Program-made: the position numbers and the translations under genes
Part shown: one piece after another, positions 7,411-16,194 of the stretch
Layout: each line of letters begins with the position of its first letter
How positions within the stretch are numbered: position 1 is the first letter of the stretch
Assembly: GCA_963675915.1 (NCBI GenBank)
Contig: OY780959.1
Location: forward strand, 1,680,001-1,712,000
DNA from: Coprobacillaceae bacterium
Lineage (GTDB): Bacteria > Bacillota_I > Bacilli_A > Erysipelotrichales > Coprobacillaceae
Reading direction: 5' to 3'
DNA length: 32,000 nucleotides
The notes under the pieces: generated by a model
What the model was told of the DNA's origin: nothing
The model's database searches: none
Seen by the model: the letters and a program-made list of their open reading frames with translations, nothing else

Positions 7411-9024
7411 TTATGTAACGGCTTTGATTTTTTTGTATACATAAAATAATAAAGTGAGTGTCCCCAAACCAAGCAGAATATCCTCATATATGTAACTAAT
7501 ACTATCTGATGTATCCACTATTGCGCTATTATTCTTAATAATGTGTATATTTCTAAATGTTATCCAATCTGTCATAATGTCGTTTTTGTAACACTGACAT
7601 TTTGCCACCAGAACCCCCTTACAATCGCTGACTATAGCTTCAACCTGATAAACCGTCTCATCATAGGAGTAATCCGGATTATCCCCGGCGACTTCATTTA
7701 TCTGAAAATTATAATTTCCGGGCTGACTGAAAGTAAGATCAAAGACCCCTGTCCCAACAGTTGACCCCTCGGCGTTGATGGTTAAATACTTGTTTTTTAT
7801 AGTTTTCGGTTGATTCGTATCAATCTGACTTAGTTGAAATGTAAACGAGATAATTGGATTATTGTCACCACCCACTATCTCCTTTTTAATCTGAATTTGC
7901 GAAGTCACCGGGACCGCTTGATAAATGTTTTCAAACTCAATATTATTTTCAATATCTCCATTCTTGGTGATTGTTATAGTGGGAATTCCATAACTATCAG
8001 TAACCATCTTGACAGTATATTCACTTTGATCATATGTATAGTAGGCTGAGTCATTGGGTTCTTGCCTGATATTCACCGCATATTCGGTATCAGGATACAT
8101 ATCAATCCCAAAACTACAGTTATCAGTGGCGGGGTAATCAATCTCTATTTCGCTGTTGAGCAACTCACCAAAGGGAAGAATGTCGAATATCGCTATTTTG
8201 AACTTTTCTGCCATCGGGTTCAATCCGCTTATCGAAAGCGTCGGATATATCTCTACTCGAGTGATATTACTATTATAAATATTTAAGTAGCGGATATCGG
8301 AGACACTTTCACCATCTTTGCTAATCGTTCCTTGATGAACCTCCAAATCCCCAGACCCATCATATTCGACCTGGTAGGCCACTGTGTATCGGGACTCGTC
8401 AAAACTAAAATTTTGATAATCCTGTTTATTTTGATTCAGGGTAAGGAGATATGATCCGGGTTTGGTTACGTGATAAGCCATGCCGGCGTTAATGATCACT
8501 TCGCCGTTTGAGTTCACATAATTGACAACTTCTACAGTCTCACCCCCAGGAATTGTCAGCAAGGTTTCAATCTCAAAATCAGGATAGTTTCCCTTAGCCA
8601 GAACCGCTCCATTATACAAATCAATCTTGGCATCCGGAAATTCAAGCTGACCGTTCATGACTAGCTTATTGATGATCTTGATTTGATTGCCAACCTGTTC
8701 ATATGTTGTTTGATAACCAGGGACTTGATCCTGCATTACTTCATAATCGTATGCAACCCCCTCACCATATTGTTCAAGTCCGTTAAAGGTTAATATCGGT
8801 TTGGTAACCTGACAGGTCTCAATAACTTCAAAATTGTCCTGACCTGGCCGGTGCCCAAGCAGATGAATATTAACTGGTTTGAATCCACCATAGTCAAAAT
8901 CGATTGTAACAACAATACTATTAGTCCCACTTAAAGCCCGAACATTGTTTGCGTTTAGACAGGTTACAATAACAACTGCAATCCCTGAAACAAGAATCGA
9001 AAATAGAATTTTTTTGATTTTCAC
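7411..9024 (-). CDS. Surface protein with CnaB-type domain and Spy0128/FctA-like pilin isopeptide-linkage domains and a non-LPXTG C-terminal anchor
   Basis: Signal peptide MKIKKILFSILVSGIAVVIV. The CnaB-like segment is HLLGHRPGQDNFEV...YDYEVMQDQVPGYQTTY. There are repeated modules of the type FTFQL...GNYNFQINEVAGDNPDYSYDETVYQVEAIVSD. The C-terminus is LLGLGTLTLLFYVYKKIKAVT. Confidence 0.65.
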   Translation of the reverse strand: MKIKKILFSILVSGIAVVIVTCLNANNVRALSGTNSIVVTIDFDYGGFKPVNIHLLGHRPGQDNFEVIETCQVTKPILTFNGLEQYGEGVAYDYEVMQDQVPGYQTTYEQVGNQIKIINKLVMNGQLEFPDAKIDLYNGAVLAKGNYPDFEIETLLTIPGGETVEVVNYVNSNGEVIINAGMAYHVTKPGSYLLTLNQNKQDYQNFSFDESRYTVAYQVEYDGSGDLEVHQGTISKDGESVSDIRYLNIYNSNITRVEIYPTLSISGLNPMAEKFKIAIFDILPFGELLNSEIEIDYPATDNCSFGIDMYPDTEYAVNIRQEPNDSAYYTYDQSEYTVKMVTDSYGIPTITITKNGDIENNIEFENIYQAVPVTSQIQIKKEIVGGDNNPIISFTFQLSQIDTNQPKTIKNKYLTINAEGSTVGTGVFDLTFSQPGNYNFQINEVAGDNPDYSYDETVYQVEAIVSDCKGVLVAKCQCYKNDIMTDWITFRNIHIIKNNSAIVDTSDSISYIYEDILLGLGTLTLLFYVYKKIKAVT

Positions 9025-9265
9025 TTCAATAATTCCTCCTTGTCATATATTTACCGGAATTATATCACTTTAAACCGCTTACATTAAGGGGCCCCGGCCC
9101 GCATCACTCATTTATTAGAATATCTTTAGAGAAATTTTAGATAATCTTTAATATTATATCTATTATACTTTTGTATAATGAATAGTGGTAAAATTCACCA
9201 GACAATACTATTTTATGATATTGGTTTATTTTGTGGCTTTTTTTACTATAAATAATTCATTTGAG

Positions 9266-9295
9266 TTGATAATACGTGCTTTTTTTTGATAGAAT
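9266..9295 (+). promoter_or_regulatory. Candidate sigma-A promoter of the pel-cotH-VTC operon
   Basis: TTGATA (9266-9271), an 18-nt spacer, then TAGAAT (9290-9295). Lies about 37 nt upstream of ATG 9332, which has SD AGGGGGAG. Confidence 0.4.
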
Positions 9296-9331
9296 GAAAT
9301 CAATAACGTTCATGGATTAAAGGGGGAGACT

Positions 9332-11193
9332 ATGAAAATATTAATTATTGGCCAAAACAGCGACTTCAACAAACACCTCATCGACGAAATCCGCAAAGAT
9401 AACGATGAGGTTTTTCTTCTAAGCAAAGAAGATTTCAAACCTGGCACCAAACCTAATTTGACATATCGTCATTTCAAATACACCAAATTCCGCAACCTGA
9501 TCATCTCAAGCATCAACCCGATATCATCATTATTGGTGATATCGAGCCGGATGGAACCTACCTTAATGAAATGTCAGCCTTTGTCCAGTCAGCAAATGAA
9601 AATGACATCAGAATTGTTTTTCTTGCCAACGGAGATTTTGACACCGACATGGCAGAAATCATCATCAAACAAGCAAATAATCACCTGATTTTAAAAGCGG
9701 ACAAACTTTACTTTGGAAACGATTTTAAAGCTGAAAATAAAATCATCAGTCCTGTTCATTTTCTCGATGCCATCTATGCACTCAAAGTCACTTTCAATAC
9801 TTTGATCAAAAACAAGACATACACCCTATGTGGTGAAGCAGCCTACAACAGTCTTGATTTGGCTCAGGGTAAAGTTTTGAAACTTCAAGACTGCACTATG
9901 GGGAAAGATTTTAGCAACGATTTTGGTTGGAAAGCAATCCGGGACATATCTGATTACATCAATAATCAACCACAAAAAAAGTCCGCTATCGCGGTTGAAT
10001 CAAGAAAGGAAAACCGTTTGCCGGTTCAATTGGTCGAAAACGCCTCCTTGTTTTCAGTAACGCTGCTGATAAACTACCTTACCAAAGACAGCGCTCTGTT
10101 CGCCCATATCGATTTCACAATCATTTATATTGTCGTGATCTCACTTTTCTACAATATGTATTTCATAATTTCTGCAGTTGTACTCGGAATTTTGATGTAC
10201 CTGGGATTCAATACTGCCAACATCTATAACCTGATGGCGTTGAATTTGTCTCTTAGCACCCTGATTCATATTCTTGAATATCTGGTCACCGGTTTTTTGG
10301 TTGGCTATGTGGTTACCCAACTAGATACGAATAACCGGAGACTAAAAGAAGACAACGAATCTTTGCTTGAGGACATCGAGGAAGTGATCACGATCAATAA
10401 CAAAAACGTGGCCATCAAAGATGAATACAGCAAAAGATTGCTTACCAGTACCAATTCACTGCCCCAGTTATATAAATACGTCAATGATATTGTTTCAAGT
10501 GATCTGGAAATCATCTATTACGAGTTACTGAGCGTAATGCAAAAATTGATCAAAACCGATAATATCCGGATTTATTCTTGCAACAGCCATGAAGGTTTCG
10601 CCCGGCTTGAAGCAACTACCGATACCAAGGCATTGAATTCGCTCAATATCTCCGATCACCAGTTCCTCAGATATGTATTTGAAAACCAGGACATCTATAC
10701 CGGTGATCACTTCAATAACGAGGTCGACATTGTTGCGCCCATCGTCTTCCAAGGCCAGGTTATCGCCCTGATCATGATTGACGAATTGGAATTCTTCGAC
10801 AAGACCCTTTATCAAATCAACCTGATCCGGATGATTTGCAATCTTAGTGCCAACTCCATCGAACAGGCCCGAATCAACCAGCAATCCAACTTCATTGAAG
10901 GCAGCCGGGTGTTCGCATTCGAATATTTCAGCAAACTTTGTCAGGAACATCGCGAAAAAGATGCCCAGTACAACATCACTACCACTCTGGTCAAATGTCA
11001 AAGCAACCGCAGCTTTGTCAGCCTCTATAACGACATTTCCCGGCAGTTGCGCCAAGTTGACACCTTGGGCCTTAACTCCAAAGATCAACTTTGCATTCTC
11101 TTCCATAATGTTTCAACTGCCAATGTCCAGCTGGTTTTGAACCGCCTGAAATTTGATAATGTCGAATTCAAAGTGCTTGAGGGGCTTGATTAA
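9332..11193 (+). pseudogene. pelD: PelD-like c-di-GMP receptor (degenerate SDR/Rossmann N-domain, 4 TM, GAF, degenerate GGDEF), interrupted by a 1-nt frameshift near 9499
   Basis: Two overlapping track ORFs (9332..9688 and 9571..11193) join cleanly. The first frame reads ...KYTKFRNL and ends at 9499; the second reads DHLKHQPDIIIIGDIEPDG from 9499. One extra G would fuse them. Downstream are TM helices (IIYIVVISLFYNMYFIISAVVLGILMYLGF...), a GAF-like block (...VDIVAPIVFQGQVIALIMIDE) and a GGDEF-like C-terminus with RQVD. The position, first in a pelEAFG cluster, matches Gram-positive pelD. Confidence 0.7.
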
Positions 11194-12035
11194 TGGAAAT
11201 TGCAATCATCCTCACTGTCAATCTGATTGTTTCAATCATCTTCTTGGCAGTCAAAAACGAATATTCACATCGGATTCCCCTATTGGGCCTGTTTGTCTTT
11301 ATGCCCATCTGCGGAATCACGATATTTGCCCTGGCCGATTACTTGTACCGTCGGTTCGACCGACCCGAATATGACAAGAAAACCCTGAACTACCGGCTTC
11401 CCCAACAATTTGTTTCCAACCAAGTCAATATGGATGAACAACTCGATATCGTCTCAATCAGCGACCTCAAGAATTTGGCATCATCAAGTGAGAAACGGGA
11501 AGTGGTCCTGAACCAGCTCAAGGAAAATCTTACCCGCAACTATGCCCATATCATCGAAATGCAAAGCGACAGCGACAGCGAGACTGCTCATTACATCGCT
11601 GCTGCCAAGATGGAATCCTATGATCATTTCATTCGCAATCTCGAGACGGCCCGCCAAAAATATTACCATGACAATTCTACTTTGGAAGACTACCTGGACA
11701 AAATCCGGGAAACCATCGACTCCAAACTCCTTAGCTCTGTTGAACAGGAGAAATACCAGAATTTGTATCTGCAGTTATCTCAGGGACGTTTTGACGATAA
11801 CAGTTACAAATATATGTACGATTTGAAAATGTATGATGAACTATTGGAAATTAATGATATCCAGGAAAACGAGACTCTTTTTCTTTTGGTGCTAAAATAC
11901 CATTACAACAATAAAAACAAGATCGAATTCCAACGCCAGCTTAACAAGATGATTGTCAGCCAATTGACTTTTTCATATGATGCCTTGGAAATCATCAGGA
12001 CCTATAAGTCGAGGTATCTCAATGATCCAGCTTAA
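11193..12035 (+). CDS. pelE: PelE-like inner-membrane helical-repeat protein
   Basis: Two N-terminal TM helices (IAIILTVNLIVSIIFLAV, LLGLFVFMPICGITIFALADYL) precede a helical, TPR-like soluble region. TAATG overlap with pelD. The call is mainly positional (pelD-E-A-F-G order). Confidence 0.55.
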   Translation: MEIAIILTVNLIVSIIFLAVKNEYSHRIPLLGLFVFMPICGITIFALADYLYRRFDRPEYDKKTLNYRLPQQFVSNQVNMDEQLDIVSISDLKNLASSSEKREVVLNQLKENLTRNYAHIIEMQSDSDSETAHYIAAAKMESYDHFIRNLETARQKYYHDNSTLEDYLDKIRETIDSKLLSSVEQEKYQNLYLQLSQGRFDDNSYKYMYDLKMYDELLEINDIQENETLFLLVLKYHYNNKNKIEFQRQLNKMIVSQLTFSYDALEIIRTYKSRYLNDPA

Positions 12036-13419
12036 AAGATTCGCGGTTATCCTGGTCATCTGCATCTCGCTTGGGATCATGGCAATCAGCCAGATTCTGC
12101 CTCAAACTCCCAAAGCGGCGCCATCCTCGCCACTTGAATACCGCCACAGCGAAATCGGCTATAACGAATATTTTTATTTGGTAGCAGGCGATGACAATCC
12201 CGTCAAAGATGCCACGATTGAGTTGCTTGAAAGCAAGAAATTCACCTATTCAACCGATCTTAAAGACCTGAATTCCAATTCTGTCTTGATATTTACTTCG
12301 GCCAACATCGCCGACTATCTGGATTTAAAAACTGTTGCCTCATTGCCCAATTATGTCCTGTTTGCGGGTGGCATTGGCGCCAACAGTGAAAACAGCTATT
12401 TGAACAATGTTTTGGGAATAAACCAAAAGCATGAATTGGTAAGACTTGACTATCTGATGTTTAAAGGAACCGAGGTTGAGCTTAGTGACTTTTACAATAC
12501 CGCTTTGATTGATTTACGAGAATCGACCCGGATAATCCTCGATGGTTCCAATCCGATCATCTTCAAAAACAACAATTTCGCTGTCATCAATTCATCCTTG
12601 GCTCTTAGGAGCGGATTCATATTGATGGCACTTGAAAATCTGGTTCCGGATTTGATCTATCCGATTACTGCCACGACCAATATCCTGATTGGGAACATCC
12701 CGGTGAATTTTGCCAGTCTCGATGTAGTTTTGGAATATCGAACCAATGACTTCATCCAGGAAGTGTTTCTGCCTTCCATCAAGGCCCTCGCTCTTTCTAA
12801 CAATCTTAATTACAGCATCGGTCTTTTGAAATACAGCGGAAGTTTCACCGCAACCGATATTCCCCTTTTAAACAGCATTACAGCTGACGATTTCTTGGAT
12901 TTTATTTATGAAGGAGATTTCTCCGGTGATTTTATCGAAGACAATCTAAATTTAAGCACGAACTATATCAACTGCCTCTATGGTAGTATGAACCAGTCCA
13001 AGTATCAGGATATCTCGATCGATTACCATCAATTCCGTGATTTTAGGGACCTTGATATCATCAATGATCAATTGCTCAATCGCGAATTTTTGCTTAGAAT
13101 CGACACGCTTGATTTTATCAGTGATTATGAGAGCAATCTCGACAAGCTAACCAAACTGCTTGGCAGTGTCGAAAGCCCCAGCTCGTCAATCGGTCAATAT
13201 TTGAATATTCGAGAAGCCTACCAAGAAGTTGACTACACATCCAACCATCAGGATGATGAATTGGTGATAAAAGTTGACAACGAAGCCGGTCAGAGTTTCT
13301 TTTTGAAAAGCGCCGCCGCAATATCGGTGACCAACGGAGATTTCCAAAAAGTTCCAGGTGGCTATGTCATCACAGTCAAAGATGTTGAAGTGATTATCAA
13401 GATAGGAGAAGAACGATGA
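12022..13419 (+). CDS. Membrane-anchored extracytoplasmic protein in the PelA-deacetylase (PelA_DA / DUF2194-like) position
   Basis: The preferred start is ATG 12022 (MIQLKRFAVILVICISLGIMAIS, SD GAGG 7 nt upstream) rather than the track start at 11977. The 3' end overlaps the pelF start (ATGA). The assignment is positional; I cannot see the CE4 His-His-Asp motifs. Confidence 0.45.
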   Translation: MIQLKRFAVILVICISLGIMAISQILPQTPKAAPSSPLEYRHSEIGYNEYFYLVAGDDNPVKDATIELLESKKFTYSTDLKDLNSNSVLIFTSANIADYLDLKTVASLPNYVLFAGGIGANSENSYLNNVLGINQKHELVRLDYLMFKGTEVELSDFYNTALIDLRESTRIILDGSNPIIFKNNNFAVINSSLALRSGFILMALENLVPDLIYPITATTNILIGNIPVNFASLDVVLEYRTNDFIQEVFLPSIKALALSNNLNYSIGLLKYSGSFTATDIPLLNSITADDFLDFIYEGDFSGDFIEDNLNLSTNYINCLYGSMNQSKYQDISIDYHQFRDFRDLDIINDQLLNREFLLRIDTLDFISDYESNLDKLTKLLGSVESPSSSIGQYLNIREAYQEVDYTSNHQDDELVIKVDNEAGQSFFLKSAAAISVTNGDFQKVPGGYVITVKDVEVIIKIGEER

Positions 13420-14831
13420 GAATCTGTTTTATATGTGAAGGATCATATCCCTATGTACGAGGCGGGGTATCGTCCTGGATTAATACAATCATCACTGCAA
13501 ATCCCGATTTGGAGTTTGCAATATTTTCGATTGCCACAACCGAAGCGGAAATGTCCGAATATAAATACGAAATCCCGGATAACGTCAAAGAAATCAAGAC
13601 TTTCTACATTTCTTCACAAACCATTTTGGAAAATGTCAAAAAAATCAAATTGACCAGAATGGACCTGGCAATCCTCGATCATTTGCTTTTGGGAAATGGC
13701 GATGATATCGACTGGAAAGCCACTTTGGATTTCATGAAGGAACATCGTGAACATCTAAGCGACATTTTGATGTCGCCCCAATTTTATGAGCTGGTGCTCA
13801 AAACCTACCAGGCCAAATATGGAAATCTCTCATTCAATGATTTCTTATGGAATATGCGCTCAATGTACCATCCTTTCATGAAATTGCTTTCTACCTCGGA
13901 CATCGAAGCTGATATCTATCATCCGGTTTCAACCGGTTATGCCGGGATCCTCGGGGCGATATTCTCTAAAATTCACGAAAAGCCGCTATTGCTTTCCGAA
14001 CATGGAATCTATACCCGGGAACGCGAAGAAGACATTATCAAATCCCAGTGGCTCAAAGGTAACTTCAAGGATATCTGGATTAGCTTTTTCAAACGTTTAT
14101 CCTATATTGCCTATCATCAGGCCGAAAAAGTCACCACTTTGTTCGAAACCAATAAATCCCTGCAAATCGAACTAGGATGCGATGATCATAAAATTGAAGT
14201 GATTCCCAATGGCGTCGATACTGAAACTCTGGGGAACCTCAAACCCCGTTCCGACAAAAGCCGGAAATATTTCAATATTGGGACAGTCTTAAGAATCGTC
14301 CCGATCAAAGACGTAAAGACAATGATCTTCGCATTTCAGATTGCAAAGGCCCAAATCCCCAACGCCCGGCTTTGCATTATGGGAAACTACGATGAAAGTC
14401 CCGGATATTATCAGGAGTGTCTTGATATCGTCGCTCATCTGGGAATCAGTGATATCATCTTCACCGGTCAGGTTGACATCAAGGAACATTTGAATGAGTT
14501 CGACCTGCTGCTGCTCACATCAATATCCGAAGGCCAGCCTCTGGCAGTTATTGAAGGTATGGCGGCCCGCAAGCCTTTTATCTGCACAAACGTCGGTTCC
14601 TGTCAGGAACTGCTGTTAAGCGATGACGGATTCGACCAAGCCGGATTCATTGTTCCAATTATGGGAGTTGAGGAATTGGCCGATAAAATTGTCTACTGCG
14701 CCAACCATCCTGACGAAATCAGGCAAATGGGCTTGAACGGCCAAAACCGGGTGAACCGCTTTTACCGCAGTGAAATATTTTTGAATCGATTTAAAGAAAT
14801 TTACAAGGAGATGGCACCATGGCAGGCATAG
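13416..14831 (+). CDS. pelF: PelF glycosyltransferase (DUF3492 + GT4)
   Basis: The N-terminus MRICFICEGSYPYVRGGVSSWINTII is the hallmark PelF/DUF3492 motif (EG.YPYV.GGVSSW). The C-terminal half has a GT4 Rossmann signature (LLLTSISEGQPLAVIEGMAARKPFICTNVG). Confidence 0.9.
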   Translation: MRICFICEGSYPYVRGGVSSWINTIITANPDLEFAIFSIATTEAEMSEYKYEIPDNVKEIKTFYISSQTILENVKKIKLTRMDLAILDHLLLGNGDDIDWKATLDFMKEHREHLSDILMSPQFYELVLKTYQAKYGNLSFNDFLWNMRSMYHPFMKLLSTSDIEADIYHPVSTGYAGILGAIFSKIHEKPLLLSEHGIYTREREEDIIKSQWLKGNFKDIWISFFKRLSYIAYHQAEKVTTLFETNKSLQIELGCDDHKIEVIPNGVDTETLGNLKPRSDKSRKYFNIGTVLRIVPIKDVKTMIFAFQIAKAQIPNARLCIMGNYDESPGYYQECLDIVAHLGISDIIFTGQVDIKEHLNEFDLLLLTSISEGQPLAVIEGMAARKPFICTNVGSCQELLLSDDGFDQAGFIVPIMGVEELADKIVYCANHPDEIRQMGLNGQNRVNRFYRSEIFLNRFKEIYKEMAPWQA

Positions 14832-16186
14832 GTTTTGAAATCAGGAAAATGTTCGGAAAGAAGACAATTGCTTCAGGCATAAAGGGAACATTCTACGCAA
14901 TTTTTGCAACAATCGGCCCGATAGTAATCTTCATGGCAATGTCGATTATCTTGAGGTTATTTATGGAAATGATGGCGATCTCGTATCCGGACAAGCTGCT
15001 GTTCAATTCCAGCTTCACTTACTGCTTCCTAGTGGCAATTATCACCTCCAGCTTGTTCACCAATACGGTTTCCCGTTACGTTGCCGACAAAATATACGCT
15101 GACCGTGAAGCCGATATCTCTGCGAGCATCATCGGCGTCCTGACTCTTGGAAGCATCATCAGCGGGACTGTGATGGCGATAATGGTCTGGCGGATGAGTC
15201 AAACCGGAGCCTACAGCGCCGCGACACTTCTGGCCTATTATCTAACCGGGGTTCTGGCATGCAATGTCTATAACATCATGACCTATGTTACCGCAATCAA
15301 GGAATATCAAAAGATCTTCAGAGCCTTTCTACTCGGCCTTTCCAGCACATTGATTCTGGTTAATGTCTTTGCCTATCTTAATCTTGAATTCATGTTCAAT
15401 TTCTATCTGGCGATTGCAATCGGTTTTTTCATCATTTTAACAATGGTAATCTATGAATGTGTCAAAGCATTCAACCGTCCCAGTGATAAAATTTTTGAGT
15501 TTATTTCTTATCTCAACAAATACCCGCTTTTGTTTTTTACTTCTTTTATTTTCACCACCGGTTTTTATATTTCCAACATCATCTACTGGAATATCTCCGA
15601 CAATGCGCTTCAAGTGAATATCTTCAGGACATTACCGGCATATGACTTGGCAATGATGTTGGCGATAATGGCCAATCTTCCGGCCCTGGTAATCTTCGTA
15701 GTGAAAATAGAGACCAGTTTTTACGAGAAATATATCGAATATCTTTCCGCTTTGAACAACGATACTTACAAGGTGATTGAGAAAAAGCGCAAAAACATGA
15801 TCCGGGAACTCAGTCTTCAGTTATTTTTCATCTATGATCTGCAGCTGATTTTCTGCCTGTTCCTCCTGATCATTTCATATATCATCTTTCCATATTTGGG
15901 AATTTCCAATCAGACTTTTTTCTATTTCAGAGTCCTGATCATCGCCCTCTATGCCTTGTTTTCAATGCAGTTTACGATGATCATCCAGTACTATTTCGTT
16001 GACTACAAATCAACTTTTATCGCGGCAATAATCTACTTTGCTGTCGAAGTGATCTTATGTCTGATAGTTGGTTACAATTATTATCAATACCCGCTTCTGG
16101 TCGGCAGTTTGGCTGGATGGGCAATCAGTTTCATCACATTGAGAAATTATCTCAAGAAGGTCAATGTGAATTTATTATGCAGGTAG
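14819..16186 (+). CDS. pelG: PelG polytopic membrane protein (PST/MOP-like exporter component)
   Basis: Begins MAGIGFEIRKMF, the conserved PelG N-terminus (MAGIGFELRK). About 12 predicted TM helices. Overlaps the pelF end by 13 nt. Confidence 0.9.
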   Translation: MAGIGFEIRKMFGKKTIASGIKGTFYAIFATIGPIVIFMAMSIILRLFMEMMAISYPDKLLFNSSFTYCFLVAIITSSLFTNTVSRYVADKIYADREADISASIIGVLTLGSIISGTVMAIMVWRMSQTGAYSAATLLAYYLTGVLACNVYNIMTYVTAIKEYQKIFRAFLLGLSSTLILVNVFAYLNLEFMFNFYLAIAIGFFIILTMVIYECVKAFNRPSDKIFEFISYLNKYPLLFFTSFIFTTGFYISNIIYWNISDNALQVNIFRTLPAYDLAMMLAIMANLPALVIFVVKIETSFYEKYIEYLSALNNDTYKVIEKKRKNMIRELSLQLFFIYDLQLIFCLFLLIISYIIFPYLGISNQTFFYFRVLIIALYALFSMQFTMIIQYYFVDYKSTFIAAIIYFAVEVILCLIVGYNYYQYPLLVGSLAGWAISFITLRNYLKKVNVNLLCR

Positions 16187-16194
16187 GTGAATAA

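Noticed and set aside
9088-9102. GC-rich island GGGGCCCCGGCCCGC in an otherwise AT-rich divergent intergenic region
   Set aside because: It is striking compositionally, but it is only a 15-nt self-complementary GGGGCCCC core. It has no partner repeat, no T-run and no recognisable motif, so there is too little to interpret.
9025-9331. Looked for a c-di-GMP riboswitch or other leader RNA upstream of the pel operon
   Set aside because: The predicted 5' UTR is only about 30 nt if the 9266-9295 promoter is used. I see no GEMM-like conserved helices. This cannot be excluded without a covariance-model scan.
9480-9510. Programmed ribosomal frameshift in pelD
   Set aside because: There is no slippery heptamer, homopolymer or downstream structure at the frame junction. 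A simple 1-nt indel, whether mutation or sequencing error, explains it better.
10525-11106. 193-aa minus-strand ORF (and 10847..11140 plus alt-frame) inside pelD
   Set aside because: It is antisense or alt-frame to a well-supported GAF/GGDEF-like coding region. It has no RBS and no recognisable motifs.
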